64,000 nt of DNA from TPA_inf: Saccharomyces (GCA_000146045.2 BK006945.2:128001-192000), one strand, 5' to 3'. Shown: positions 33,435-44,050, counted from the stretch's first letter. A program made the numbers and translations. Notes: generated from the letters alone by a model not told the origin.

Positions 33435-33754
33435 CGAAAATCTGTCAGCGTATAACACGATCACTCTTCCATCATATAACAAATCCAAGTAGTAGAGAAC
33501 GAAATAGTTTTTGATGGACATATAACTACATAATTATTACAAAAATAACCTCATTTAATGTCCTATTGTTTATTACGAGAAAATCTTAATAGCACTTACG
33601 GCATTAAGAATATTTATTACTATTTTCAATTTATCAGGCACTTATTCAACTAAAAAAAAAAAAAAAATTCTTTGTTTTACAATAATATTAATAATTATTT
33701 TGAATAAATATCGTTACATTCTATCATAATGTCCTCTACACGGTACAACCAAAC

Positions 33755-35893
33755 TCACAATTCTATTTGAGTGGGCGAGAGGTTTGAATTTTTTCTTACT
33801 GGGCTGTGTGTAGGGGTCATAGATGTCGCTTGTTTGAATGAGTGAGGGTTGGAAGGTGCAATAGGTTTCTGTGGAGATTTAACCAAAACACTGTCGGTCA
33901 TCCGGCTTTCTCCCTGCTTCCAGCTGTCAAAATCAATCAAGGCTTGCATACATCCCCACTCTGTAATTTTCTTACTAAGCCAGTGTAAATTCACTGGTTT
34001 AGTCAGGTAGTCGTTACAACCAGAAAGAAGTGCTTTTCTTTTATCCATCTGAGAGTTAGATGCGGTCAATGCTACAATAATCACGGGCGCCTGAGAGAAT
34101 CTCTTTGAAGTACCTTTTTCAAGATTGGAGTGTGAGTTATTGAGACTTTTTTGAATGCCAATGCCATTTTGTTTTTCGAAGTCCCTAATCTGCTTGGCAG
34201 CTTCTATACCAGACAAGACAGGCAGCTGTAAATCCATAAATATTAAATGAAGACCGCCTTCCTTCCAAATATTAACAGCTTCTTGACCATTTTTAGCCAG
34301 TTTATATGAGATTTTGTGTTTCCTCAGAAAGGAACCTAAGATAGCTTGGTTGATGACGTTGTCTTCAACTATTAAAACATTAATTTTGGGGAAAACTTTT
34401 TCACTTGTGGTGGTAAAAAGGTTTGGTAAAGGATCTGGTGGAGAGGAAACAGCAAAAGGTGCGTTATAAAGCGAGTTTGAGTAATGCGGCGTTTGACTAC
34501 TTGTTAATATTGGTGATGCGGGCGTAACGTCTTCTTTTCTTCTTTGTACTTCCGACATGGGTTGCGTTATGCCTATACCAGCTTCATTAAGTGATCCGCT
34601 TTCTTGCGAAGGGGATCCGGTGTTCACTTCTAACTCTGAATGAGTAATTGTGTCTTCATTATTGAAAGATGAATCCGTGTGGGCCACTGGTTTATTTCGA
34701 AAATCTACCCCTCCTTTATAACCTTTTGGTAACAGCAAGATTGCTTGCCAAGGAGACTCGGCATCCTTTTCCTCATCCTTCAGTTCTTGTGACGCTCTTC
34801 TCAATTGCTCTTCATCAGTTATTAATTTAAATTCCTGAGGGCTGCTATTGCCATCTTTACCTTTAAGATCTGCTTTATCACCAATTGTTTGCTTAAGACC
34901 TTGTTCGCCCGGAGAAATATGGTCGTCTAGATGAAAAACACCAACGGCCCCATGGTCTGTTGGTTGAGTTTTCTGCTGCGAAATTTCTTCATTCGTAGGA
35001 ACATAGTCTACAACATTTAAGATATCTAAAGGCGGTACATCCTGGCGTAAATTAACATTCGAAAATATCAGCAAAGGCTGCGATGCAGGTTGGGAACCCA
35101 TGGTTCCGAATAGTTCCTTATATATGTTAATAGCCAATTCATCCGGTTCAAAGATGATTTTATAAGTGCAATCATTAACTGATTCTGTGGTAAAATTTAA
35201 ACCTTTTCTAATCAACGGCCTTGTGTATTTATTTTTATTATGCGGTGAGACGTATGTAAGACCAGCTGATGCCATAATTTGATTATCAGAATGAAATTTA
35301 GGGTAGGGTGAGACTGAGGCAAATCGCAGTAACGGACTTTTAGTTGTTGCTGGAAACTGTTTAGGACTAGTAGAGTATGGTCTTTGCGGGCTTAGCATTG
35401 GCGCCTCGTTGGGAGGAAAATCCACATTGGTAGTCGCGGCCACTGTCGGCACGGCGGCAAAGGCGTCGTATAATGCTCCTCTTTTCTGCGTAGGTTTAGG
35501 ATGCTGGAGAACATTCCTGTCCTTTGCAAGGTCTTTTGAAAGACCAAATGATCCTGCTGTGGGGCTCACTGAACTCTTGGTATTGCTATTAACGGAAAGG
35601 TTGGCGCCACTTCCAGCACCGTTACTCTTACTTCGACAACTATTATCGTTAGTGTTGTTACTACTGGTATTGTCGGCTTGATTGTCAAATTTAGGTGCGT
35701 AGAGGCCTATTGCAATGGAAGCATTATCGTTAATTTCTCGCCATCGAGTCGAACTCAGTTTCTGAAAAAACCTGCTCTTCAAATCATCAACAGTATCTAT
35801 TTCATCGAACTGTACAGCAATTGGTTGGTTTACTTCATCAGTGGAGTTGTCTATTCGTAGCCAAACCTTCCACAGTAACGCAGAATTGAGCAT
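33755..35893 (-). CDS. SSK1: HOG-pathway phosphorelay response regulator Ssk1 (712 aa). The track ORF starts 6 codons further upstream at 35911.
   Basis: A C-terminal receiver domain (NVLIVEDNVINQ...IFMDLQLPVLSG) and an S/N/T-rich N-terminus. Confidence 0.9.
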   Translation of the reverse strand: MLNSALLWKVWLRIDNSTDEVNQPIAVQFDEIDTVDDLKSRFFQKLSSTRWREINDNASIAIGLYAPKFDNQADNTSSNNTNDNSCRSKSNGAGSGANLSVNSNTKSSVSPTAGSFGLSKDLAKDRNVLQHPKPTQKRGALYDAFAAVPTVAATTNVDFPPNEAPMLSPQRPYSTSPKQFPATTKSPLLRFASVSPYPKFHSDNQIMASAGLTYVSPHNKNKYTRPLIRKGLNFTTESVNDCTYKIIFEPDELAINIYKELFGTMGSQPASQPLLIFSNVNLRQDVPPLDILNVVDYVPTNEEISQQKTQPTDHGAVGVFHLDDHISPGEQGLKQTIGDKADLKGKDGNSSPQEFKLITDEEQLRRASQELKDEEKDAESPWQAILLLPKGYKGGVDFRNKPVAHTDSSFNNEDTITHSELEVNTGSPSQESGSLNEAGIGITQPMSEVQRRKEDVTPASPILTSSQTPHYSNSLYNAPFAVSSPPDPLPNLFTTTSEKVFPKINVLIVEDNVINQAILGSFLRKHKISYKLAKNGQEAVNIWKEGGLHLIFMDLQLPVLSGIEAAKQIRDFEKQNGIGIQKSLNNSHSNLEKGTSKRFSQAPVIIVALTASNSQMDKRKALLSGCNDYLTKPVNLHWLSKKITEWGCMQALIDFDSWKQGESRMTDSVLVKSPQKPIAPSNPHSFKQATSMTPTHSPVRKNSNLSPTQIEL

Positions 35894-36391
35894 TTTTACT
35901 TGTCTCCCCAAAATCGATTCGTTTTTGATTTACAGCAGCCTTTCCAATATTTCTTATACAAAACGGCCGAACTTGTACTCAAAATAAACGCTATTCTGAG
36001 GTCTAAAACTAACAAAACACGTAATTTTTCTGAATAAAACAATGTCTCCAACTAGTTAACCACAGCTTGGCTAGTTTCAATGTAGTCATTCCTAACAAAA
36101 AGGCAACCAGACCTATTTATAAATATATAGCCACTATTAAATTCACTAGAAAAAAAGTCAAAGATTCAATCCAGGGGCGCTTTTAGGGCTTCGGAAAGCT
36201 GAAAAAAATAGTTAGGACACTGATATCAATAATATAGGGAATTTGAATTATTGGAAAATGGAAATTAGGTTAAGGGATACCAAAAAAAGAAACGCGATAA
36301 TTATAGGCATGGAGATGAGAATAATAACTATATATGTATGCGGTTCGGTACATATTCATTGCTGACTGAAGTCTGATAGTAGTCGTGGCGA

Positions 36392-37402
36392 ATGGAGGTA
36401 CATGAAGAGCAGGTCTCTGCACCTGTAACAGGGGATGCTACAGCAAAATATCTGCTGCAATATATCTTGTCAGCAAGAGGCATTTGCCATGAAAATGCTC
36501 TCATTCTAGCCCTAATGAGATTGGAAACCGATGCTTCAACGCTTAACACTGAATGGTCGATCCAGCAGTGGGTCGACAAGCTAAATGATTATATAAACGC
36601 TATAAACGTAAAACTGAACCTTTTGGGTTACAAGATCATTCGGATCAACCACGGGATTGGTAGAAACGCAGTGACTTTAAAGGCCAAGCAGAATTTTGAG
36701 TCCTTCGAAGATAATACAGCAATAAGGGCTCACAATAATGATTATGCAGTTTTGCAATCGATAGTACTTCCGGAGAGTAACAGGTTTTTCGTATATGTTA
36801 ACTTAGCATCAACAGAAGAGACTAAGTTAGCCACAAGGTTTAACCAAAACGAGATCGAGTTTATGAAATGGGCCATAGAACAATTCATGATCAGTGGAGA
36901 GACTATCGTTGAAGGGCCTGCACTGGAAACCTCGATAATTGTGAAGGAAGTCAACCGTATTCTAGTAGCAGCTACAGGAGACTCAAACCTCGCGAAATGG
37001 CGTAAGTTCAGTACGTTTACTGTAGGGTCCACCAATCTTTTCCAATTTCAAGAATTAACAGCAACGGACATCGAAGACTTACTACTCCGATTATGCGAAC
37101 TGAAATGGTTTTACAGGACTCAGGAAGGGAAATTCGGTATTGATCTTCGCTGTATAGCAGAACTAGAAGAGTATCTAACATCCATGTACAATTTGAACAC
37201 TTGCCAAAATTGCCACAAGCTGGCAATTCAAGGTGTCAGGTGCGGCAACGAATCATGCCGAGAAGAGAATGAGGAAACTGGAGAGAATAGTCTGTCTCAA
37301 ATTTGGCATGTTGATTGTTTCAAGCATTATATTACCCATGTAAGCAAGAATTGTGATCGTTGCGGTTCATCGCTAATCACAGAGGGCGTATACGTTATTT
37401 AA
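36392..37402 (+). CDS. NSE1: Smc5/6 complex RING-like subunit Nse1 (336 aa)
   Basis: A C-terminal Cys/His-rich RING-like region (CQNCHKLAIQGVRCGNESC...HVDCFKHY). Confidence 0.85.
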   Translation: MEVHEEQVSAPVTGDATAKYLLQYILSARGICHENALILALMRLETDASTLNTEWSIQQWVDKLNDYINAINVKLNLLGYKIIRINHGIGRNAVTLKAKQNFESFEDNTAIRAHNNDYAVLQSIVLPESNRFFVYVNLASTEETKLATRFNQNEIEFMKWAIEQFMISGETIVEGPALETSIIVKEVNRILVAATGDSNLAKWRKFSTFTVGSTNLFQFQELTATDIEDLLLRLCELKWFYRTQEGKFGIDLRCIAELEEYLTSMYNLNTCQNCHKLAIQGVRCGNESCREENEETGENSLSQIWHVDCFKHYITHVSKNCDRCGSSLITEGVYVI

Positions 37403-37576
37403 ACTAAAATACATAGCTTTCCGTGTTATTTACAAGACTTATCTATACAAACATTTGATTGCCCGAAGTATTTTAATCTCCTAAACGGCATGTGATTGAA
37501 CACGGTTCGAGGTTTATACCACTTGTATTAGGCATATATGCAATTGCAATAACTCATTTTAGGTTCCCGTTTTACC

Positions 37577-38083
37577 TTATTTGCTAATACCCCTTTTTTC
37601 CAAAAAGTCCTTAGCTTCGTTTATCTTAGTGGCCAAAAATGGAGAACCACCTTTGTCAGGATGATTAGCTAACATAATTTTCCTATGAACCTCTTTCAAC
37701 TTTTTTTTAGTCAATGTATTTTCTGTCAAATTCAAAATCTGTAGAGCCTCTTTAGAATTCATTTTCGGGTCAAATCCGCCTTTCAAGAAGGCAGTAGTGG
37801 ATTTTCCACCGTTAAGTCCCTTCGATATTGATTTATATGCACCGGCTGTAAAATATAAAGTTAAAAAGGCCCCAAAACCTGTTATCACAGGATGTTCTCC
37901 CATGTAGTTCAAAGCTTGATCAAAATAAAGGTCCATTCCGGTCTTTTGACCCTGCGAACCATTCTGGATACCGACATTAACACCAGCTCCATCAACAGTA
38001 ACGTTCGCAGAGCCATTAGTTTGACCAGGAATGGGTAGTTGTGGTGCCTCAATAGAATTACCAGTATTACTTTGAGAACTCAT
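37577..38083 (-). CDS. PAM18: Mitochondrial import motor J-protein Pam18/Tim14 (168 aa). The track ORF starts 10 codons further upstream at 38113.
   Basis: A TM segment followed by a C-terminal J domain carrying HPD (LANHPDKGGS). Confidence 0.9.
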   Translation of the reverse strand: MSSQSNTGNSIEAPQLPIPGQTNGSANVTVDGAGVNVGIQNGSQGQKTGMDLYFDQALNYMGEHPVITGFGAFLTLYFTAGAYKSISKGLNGGKSTTAFLKGGFDPKMNSKEALQILNLTENTLTKKKLKEVHRKIMLANHPDKGGSPFLATKINEAKDFLEKRGISK

Positions 38084-38285
38084 GATATTGTGCGGGTGGA
38101 AGTGTTTATGCAACCTTATTAAACTGTGCTCGGCCAGTGGAGACGTACAAATTCCACTACTATTCGTACTTTGTCTAGTTCAAGGGTCTCCGTCGAGTGA
38201 GTCCTACGTTGATTCAAATGGCTTTCACATTTGGTCCGATTCTCGCTCTTTAAATTTTTTGCCCGCTCGCCTCGAACTCAGCGGA

Positions 38286-38345
38286 GTGAAAAATTTTCAC
38301 TCGTCTTTTATTAAATAATGTATTTCTAAACTCATCTCATCTCAT
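38286..38345. promoter_or_regulatory. RRPE embedded in the 15-bp palindrome GTGAAAAATTTTCAC (38286-38300), plus CTCATCTCATCTCATC (the reverse complement of GATGAGATGAGATGAG, the tandem PAC core) at 38330-38345. It lies in the divergent PAM18/RLP24 promoter, about 190-250 bp upstream of RLP24.
   Basis: Read from the sequence. Confidence 0.55.
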
Positions 38346-38536
38346 CCCACCCTATCTCCAACTTACATCAGTTTCTATCTTGATCCGTGATATACCACTT
38401 TTAAGTTCTTCGACTTGTGATTTGAAAGATATTGCTATTCAAGCGTGAGTTGTCCATATTGTTACCACCACCTCCCCGTGATTTACATTCAGAAACTAAA
38501 AGGAAAAGGAAGTAGAAGTTTAGTAAGTATAAAAAA

Positions 38537-39136
38537 ATGAGAATTTATCAATGCCATTTTTGCTCATCCCCATGTTATCCAGGTCATGGGATCATGTTTG
38601 TGCGTAACGATGCTAAAGAGTTTAGGTTCTGCCGTTCTAAGTGTCACAAGGCATTCAAGCAACGTCGTAACCCAAGAAAACTAAAATGGACCAAAGCTTT
38701 CAGAAAGGCTGCCGGAAAAGAATTGGCTGTGGATTCTACCTTGACTTTTGCCCAAAGAAGAAATGTCCCTGTTAGATACAATAGAGAGTTAGTTGCCACA
38801 ACTTTGAAGGCTATGGCTAGAATCGAAGAAATTAGACAAAAACGTGAAAGAGCCTTCTACAAGAATAGAATGAGAGGTAACAAAGAAAAGGACTTCTTAA
38901 GAGATAAGAAATTGGTCGAATCTAACCCAGAATTATTGAGAATCAGAGAAGTTGAAATTGCCAGAAAGTTGGCTAAAGAACAAGAAAGAGCTGAATCAGT
39001 ATCCGAACAAGAGGAATCTGAAGAAGAAGAGGAGGATATGGAAATCGACAGTGACGAGGAAGAGGAAGAACAATTGGAAAAGCAAAAGATTCTGCTAAAG
39101 AACAGAAGAAGAAATACAAAGAAAATTGCTTTTTAG
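38537..39136 (+). CDS. RLP24: Ribosomal-like protein Rlp24 (199 aa), pre-60S factor of the L24e family
   Basis: An N-terminal TRASH/L24e zinc-binding motif ([13 protein letters not shown]...CRSKCHKAF) and an acidic C-terminal tail. Confidence 0.9.
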   Translation: MRIYQCHFCSSPCYPGHGIMFVRNDAKEFRFCRSKCHKAFKQRRNPRKLKWTKAFRKAAGKELAVDSTLTFAQRRNVPVRYNRELVATTLKAMARIEEIRQKRERAFYKNRMRGNKEKDFLRDKKLVESNPELLRIREVEIARKLAKEQERAESVSEQEESEEEEEDMEIDSDEEEEEQLEKQKILLKNRRRNTKKIAF

Positions 39137-39319
39137 TTAGAACAGAACCGGGCTAATTGCCTCTTTCCTTTCTTTTCTCATACTTATTTCATGGGATAAA
39201 TAAGAATCACCTGTATACTATTATTTACATTACATAACATTACAATAACTATTTTCAAGGGTCCTCTTACATTCTTATCAAAGGTATTATATAATCTCAG
39301 TATATGCCAAACGTCTGAC

Positions 39320-39802
39320 TTAGGAGTTAGAGATGTTCAGAAACTTCTCACCAAGTGGTGATTTGACAAATTCACAGAAATCACGAACGTCATTCCTGGA
39401 TAGTATCTTAAAATCAATGATTTCAAAAATTGGCGGACTTTGGTGTATTCCATACCATACCCCAATGCGAACATCCAGTACCTGCCCATTTATCAATCTC
39501 AAATCATCTTTATGGGCTGAAAATAATCTTTCGCTCATATACAAACGCATCTCCTCTGCGCCATTTGTTGAATTGAGGCAATGAAGATTTCTAACTATCA
39601 TTTGACAGAAAAAACCTTTAATGAATTCTTCATCCGATTTACAGAACAAGAAATCTACTAATCGAACAACAATCCTGAATCTTTTGGACGGATGAATAAT
39701 GTTTGGTTCCATTCCGTTTCCACCGTAAACATTGTTATGAATATCGTAATTCGTTGCTATTTTATCCTTCAAACATTTTAAGTCTAGAACTAACTGGCTC
39801 AT
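39320..39802 (-). CDS. TEN1: CST complex subunit Ten1 (160 aa). The track ORF starts 19 codons further upstream at 39859.
   Basis: Sequence and length match yeast Ten1, and synteny supports it. Confidence 0.8.
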   Translation of the reverse strand: MSQLVLDLKCLKDKIATNYDIHNNVYGGNGMEPNIIHPSKRFRIVVRLVDFLFCKSDEEFIKGFFCQMIVRNLHCLNSTNGAEEMRLYMSERLFSAHKDDLRLINGQVLDVRIGVWYGIHQSPPIFEIIDFKILSRNDVRDFCEFVKSPLGEKFLNISNS

Positions 39803-39920
39803 ATAACACTGTCGTAGTTCTCTAAAAAGAGCAAATAGAGCTGTATGTAACCAATACAATATAGTGAATTATGTCCTAGAATAAGGGCATTCATTATTCT
39901 CCATCTCTGCTTCAGAGAAA

Positions 39921-39940
39921 AAAAAAAGAAAAAGAAAAAA
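39921..39940 (-). terminator. Pol III terminator T-run (T6 then a T-rich stretch) immediately 3' of the tRNA
   Basis: The minus strand reads ...tRNA-3'-TTATTTTTTCTTTTTCTTTTTTT. Confidence 0.8.
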
Positions 39941-39943
39941 TAA

Positions 39944-40025
39944 CGACAACTGCAGGACTCGAACCTGCGCGGGCAAAGCCCAAAAGATTTCTAATCTTTC
40001 GCCTTAACCACTCGGCCAAGTTGCC
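39944..40025 (-). tRNA. tRNA-Ser, anticodon AGA. Class II, 82 nt, no intron.
   Basis: The reverse complement is GGCAACTTGGCCGAGTGGTTAAGGCGAAAGATTAGAAATCTTTTGGGCTTTGCCCGCGCAGGTTCGAGTCCTGCAGTTGTCG. A box TGGCCGAGTGG. B box GGTTCGAGTCC. A long variable arm. The anticodon loop is TTAGAAA. Confidence 0.95.
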
Positions 40026-40042
40026 ATATGACTATTGATTTA

Positions 40043-40381
40043 TATCATATTACGAGCCCAAATAATACTGGGGTGTTTTGACAATCCTAATATAAACAGT
40101 CTTCGAGAAGTAACCAGTTGTCAAAACGGATTATCAGCTTGATTCAAGGAATGTTAACTGTCCTATATCATATAAAATATGAATCATACTAAATGGTGGA
40201 AGCACGGATCTTGGATCTAAACTAATTGTTCAGGCATTTATATGTTTGGGTAGTTTGGCTAAGGGAGGCCGGGTTTTATCTCATGTTGTTCGTTTTGTTA
40301 TAGGATTGTTTCATATGTATTTTATGAACGTTTAGGATAATGTATTGTCAGGCTGACGTATCTCATTTTGAGATACAATAA
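40043..40381 (-). mobile_element. Solo sigma element (Ty3 LTR, about 339 bp), diverged, in inverted orientation. It begins 17 bp upstream of the tRNA 5' end.
   Basis: It aligns by eye along its whole length with the sigma consensus (TGTTGTATCTCAAAATGAGATA...GACAATCCTAATATAAACAGTCTTAGGGAAGTAACCAGTTGTCAAAAC...). There are many substitutions. The 17 bp spacing is the Ty3 hallmark. Confidence 0.85.
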
Positions 40382-40542
40382 TTTAACCTATTTTATGTTA
40401 AATATTACACAAGATGATAAATATGTCAACTAAAAACTTTAACGCCGAGCTTGGCCATTACAATATAGAGCACATGCTATGATCAAATGAATTAGATGAA
40501 TACAAGCCAAGAAAGCATTTTTTTAATTACACTTCATGCTTT

Positions 40543-40870
40543 TGTTGGAATGAAACTGTAAAATACCATCTGTTTAGTAGTATTTGTGTTACCAGTATAC
40601 CGTCACATGCGGTGTAACGTGAGGACATAAAAAAGTCATCAAAATTAATGTCCCCACGTTACACTGTATATGACAGTATATACTACTGACATGAATACTA
40701 GTCGATAGTTAATACATGATTCTTATTACAACATGATGATTACAGTCTCGTCTTGGTCTGTTGTTTGACCCTACTATTTTATGCTATTTTTTGTATCTGA
40801 TTTGAATTCAAGGCAATTGTTGTAATTCCATTCTTGGCATAACCCTGTGTAGATTCTACAGATAAGCTGC
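40543..40870 (+). mobile_element. Degenerate delta-like LTR fragment (Ty1/Ty2/Ty4 class), starting TGTTGGAATGAAA. The 3' boundary is uncertain.
   Basis: The first roughly 110 bp resemble the delta consensus (TGTTGGAATAGAAATCAACTATCATCTACTAACTAGTATTT...ATACGGTGTTAGAAGATGAC...ATAGTCATCTAAATTAGTG). It lies 520-850 bp upstream of the Pol III gene, the typical Ty1 zone. Confidence 0.5.
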
Positions 40871-41102
40871 TTTTTTCTTTGAGTGGTGCCCCCGTTGTTT
40901 ATTACCCGTCAGTATCATAACATTTGAGCATCTCACATGGTTACGAATGTAAATATGAATCAAAGAAGGTGCAAAATCAAAAAAAATCGAAAGATTTGAC
41001 ATGCCTATTGAAAAGGGAAAGTTGTATATCTATCAATTGTTAATTAGTTACTTGGTCATCTCCATTACCAGCTGAGGTGCTTAGTCGACAACCGCATTAA
41101 AC

Positions 41103-41678
41103 ATGAAAGTGGGTATTATAATGGGTTCTGTGAGGGCAAAGAGGGTATGCCCAGAAATTGCAGCATACGTAAAACGTACAATTGAAAATAGCGAAGAATT
41201 AATAGACCAGAAGCTGAAAATACAAGTAGTAGATTTACAACAGATTGCTCTTCCCTTATATGAAGATGATGACGAACTGATCCCTGCGCAAATAAAGAGC
41301 GTGGATGAGTATGCAGACAGCAAAACTCGATCGTGGAGTCGCATCGTAAATGCATTAGATATTATTGTATTCGTTACACCTCAATATAATTGGGGGTATC
41401 CAGCAGCCTTAAAAAATGCAATTGATCGTCTTTACCATGAATGGCACGGAAAACCTGCCCTGGTGGTAAGCTACGGCGGTCATGGCGGTAGTAAGTGTAA
41501 TGACCAACTTCAAGAGGTACTACATGGTTTGAAGATGAATGTTATAGGTGGAGTGGCGGTGAAAATACCGGTAGGTACGATACCGTTACCCGAGGACATT
41601 GTACCACAACTCAGCGTGCACAATGAAGAGATCCTGCAATTACTCGCATCGTGCATCGAAACAACGAGGAATAAATAA
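41103..41678 (+). CDS. LOT6: FMN-dependent NAD(P)H:quinone oxidoreductase Lot6 (191 aa), flavodoxin-like fold
   Basis: N-terminal MKVGIIMGSVR followed by the NADPH-dependent FMN reductase pattern. Length 191 aa. Confidence 0.9.
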   Translation: MKVGIIMGSVRAKRVCPEIAAYVKRTIENSEELIDQKLKIQVVDLQQIALPLYEDDDELIPAQIKSVDEYADSKTRSWSRIVNALDIIVFVTPQYNWGYPAALKNAIDRLYHEWHGKPALVVSYGGHGGSKCNDQLQEVLHGLKMNVIGGVAVKIPVGTIPLPEDIVPQLSVHNEEILQLLASCIETTRNK

Positions 41679-41981
41679 ACCATAAAATTTAACTGTAGTC
41701 GCAATAAAAGATGAAAAGCTAACACAATTATCATAGGACACTGTAATCCAGACTTTAATTAGTATTAAGTATTGAGTACAAAGTACAAAGTATTATACTA
41801 ACGGTAGTTTGGGCTCTTCGATTACCCATACACTTTTAATGGACTAATTTCATCAAGTTTCATTCGAAAATTTTCTTAAAATATATATATGCGTAGTGGT
41901 ATAGTATTCATATTTCATGAACTTATTTCATAAAAAAAGATAAAGCAAACCTAATATTTGGATCGGCGCTCGAAATTATTC

Positions 41982-42281
41982 TCAGTATTCTTCAGCATTA
42001 GACATCTTTAACATATCAATCTTTAAAAGGTTTCTTCTTCTTCTGTAGCTCGGAATATAAGCATTCATATATGACCATGTTGTAACGCGATCGAACCAAG
42101 CAACTTCTTCTTGTGCAAATTTCCTAGCAATACCAGGCACACCTCCTTGACGATCAAATGCAATTCTTTCAGTCTCTTGTTCAAAATCTTTTTGACATAA
42201 AGCCAGGTATTTTTCCTGTTGTTCAGGTTGCAGTTGAAGATACTGCTGGTAGGTGATTTCTTTGTAATAGACAGTCTTCAT
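41982..42281 (-). CDS. Small protein of unknown function YLR012C (99 aa). The track ORF starts 23 codons further upstream at 42350.
   Basis: ORF present. The 99 aa length from the internal Met matches my memory of YLR012C. No recognisable domain. Confidence 0.5.
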   Translation of the reverse strand: MKTVYYKEITYQQYLQLQPEQQEKYLALCQKDFEQETERIAFDRQGGVPGIARKFAQEEVAWFDRVTTWSYMNAYIPSYRRRRNLLKIDMLKMSNAEEY

Positions 42282-42675
42282 TTGAATATGTTCGAGACTT
42301 TTTCTCTTAATCTCTATGAATATTTTCTGTCTTGAAGCTGCCGTCTTCATAGAATGTTGTTCTATTATCCACCTCGAACATGGCCTTTTTATACGTTTTT
42401 ACATTAAACATCCCCTTCATATTAGTTTGTTCTCGACTTAATTCTACTCATGCTTCTGACATTTTTTCATGCCAAGACCGGCCCTGAAAAAGGGTCCGGA
42501 TATACGGATAGCGCCACACATTCAATTAGGGGAAGTATTATTTGATACATTGTCAGCACACAGCGATTTAACCCATTATTTGGCATGACAAGCAAGCTAT
42601 TCGACAGTGAAAAATGCACAGAACATTCAAAATTATACTTATAATATGACTCTTTTCTTTTATTGCAGTTGGTAT

Positions 42676-42710
42676 TATATACATATATATATATATATAT
42701 ATATGTATAT
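42676..42710. repeat. (TA)n microsatellite, about (AT)13 with a CA/TG interruption
   Basis: Read directly from the sequence. Confidence 0.95.
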
Positions 42711-43338
42711 GTTCCCCGAGACAATGGTTTTATTTCCAAAAAAAGTGTAAGTAAGTTATTTTCTGTGTATAAAAAAATAAAAGAAGCCAGATGAAGTGCC
42801 AGGTGGCGTACCAGGACTTCAGCTTTCTTTAGTTTGCATAATGAAAGTATCACTTACAGCTCCCTTGAAGGATTAGACGCTATTAACCCCGATGAAAACG
42901 CATCAACAAAACCTTTAACACAGTACTTATTTGGTGCAATACATACTCACACAAACACCTGTAGAAAATCCCCTTATATGAAAATCCCTTTTTTTTCTTG
43001 GCAAGTATTTCTGATAAAATGCGGACAACATTACCTGCTTAGCCGCCTGCCACAGAAAATAAGTAGGCTTCTCTGTAAAATGGAATAATAGGCTAGAGGT
43101 CAAAAACCTCCTCTTCAGTCATATCTATGTTTTTAAGGGTCTAGGGTCCAATTTGATGGAAAAGAACAAATGGTCGAGCATGTTAATTAATATTTGTTGC
43201 TCTGTTTGAAGAGTATATTATAAGACGAGAGGTTCTTTGAGGGAGCTTATCTTACCTTTTCTTGATTTGAAACAATTTCATTAAATGTAAACAATTATCA
43301 ACTAGAAGCAAATATAAAGCCAGAAGGAAGAATTTGCT

Positions 43339-43764
43339 ATGAACATTAAGACTTTGTGTCATCCAGAATATAAAAGAATCTCCGTTGAATCGTTATTGAA
43401 TCCGGTAGAGGAGACAATAGACTGCGAAAAACCTCACTCTCAAACAAAAATCAATACTGCTAAACCCATTAGTGCATCTTTGTATGTCACAACGAATAAT
43501 ACTGCTGTTGTTCAGCACAATGTCCAAAAGAGGAAAGGCGTCACCAGGAGATGTCCACAGTGTGCGGTGATAAAAACTTCTCCGCAATGGAGAGAGGGTC
43601 CTGATGGAGAGGTGACATTGTGTAATGCCTGTGGATTATTTTATAGAAAAATATTTTTGGTTTTTGGCAAGGATCTGGCAAAACGGTACTTTAACGAAAT
43701 AAAAGGTGTGAGCGTCAAACGAAAAGTTCCAAAGAGCCTCTATGGAGTTACAAGAACGCGTTAA
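43339..43764 (+). CDS. GAT3: GATA-type zinc-finger protein Gat3 (141 aa)
   Basis: CPQCAVIKTSPQWREGPDGEVTLCNACGLFYRK GATA finger. Confidence 0.9.
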   Translation: MNIKTLCHPEYKRISVESLLNPVEETIDCEKPHSQTKINTAKPISASLYVTTNNTAVVQHNVQKRKGVTRRCPQCAVIKTSPQWREGPDGEVTLCNACGLFYRKIFLVFGKDLAKRYFNEIKGVSVKRKVPKSLYGVTRTR

Positions 43765-44015
43765 GAGAATTTATTTCTGCTCGGAATGTTATATACTTAT
43801 GTCAAAGCAGTGATTATACATTTATCGACTTTAAACAGTTGATAACGAACATTATGTGTTATTCGAAAGTCAAAGTGCCATACAAAACAAGTGGTTTCTC
43901 AGTTCTTGCAATTTTTCTTTATCAGCGTAGTCCCAGAAAAAAAAATCATCACTGGAAATGTAAGATGAATTCAAGTATCAAGTGCCGTTGGTATTATAGT
44001 TTATCAATTAATACG

Positions 44016-44027
<12 letters not shown>

Positions 44028-44050
<23 letters not shown>
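44028..44050. repeat. (AT)n microsatellite, about 12 perfect units, in the GAT3/PPR1 convergent spacer
   Basis: Read directly from the sequence. Confidence 0.95.

Noticed and set aside
37495-37515. B-box-like ACGGTTCGAGGTT downstream of NSE1, as a possible extra-TFIIIC (ETC) site or unannotated Pol III gene
   Set aside because: It matches only about 8 of 11 positions of GGTTCGANTCC. There is no A box, no T-run terminator and no cloverleaf foldable around it.
40871-41102. Possible further LTR remnants between the delta-like fragment and LOT6
   Set aside because: I cannot recognise a similarity to any Ty LTR consensus by eye in this stretch.
42467-42853. 128-aa ORF on the minus strand spanning the (TA)n repeat
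   Set aside because: Its translation runs through the microsatellite (YTYIYIYIYVY) and has no domain. It is probably a random open frame in AT-rich DNA.
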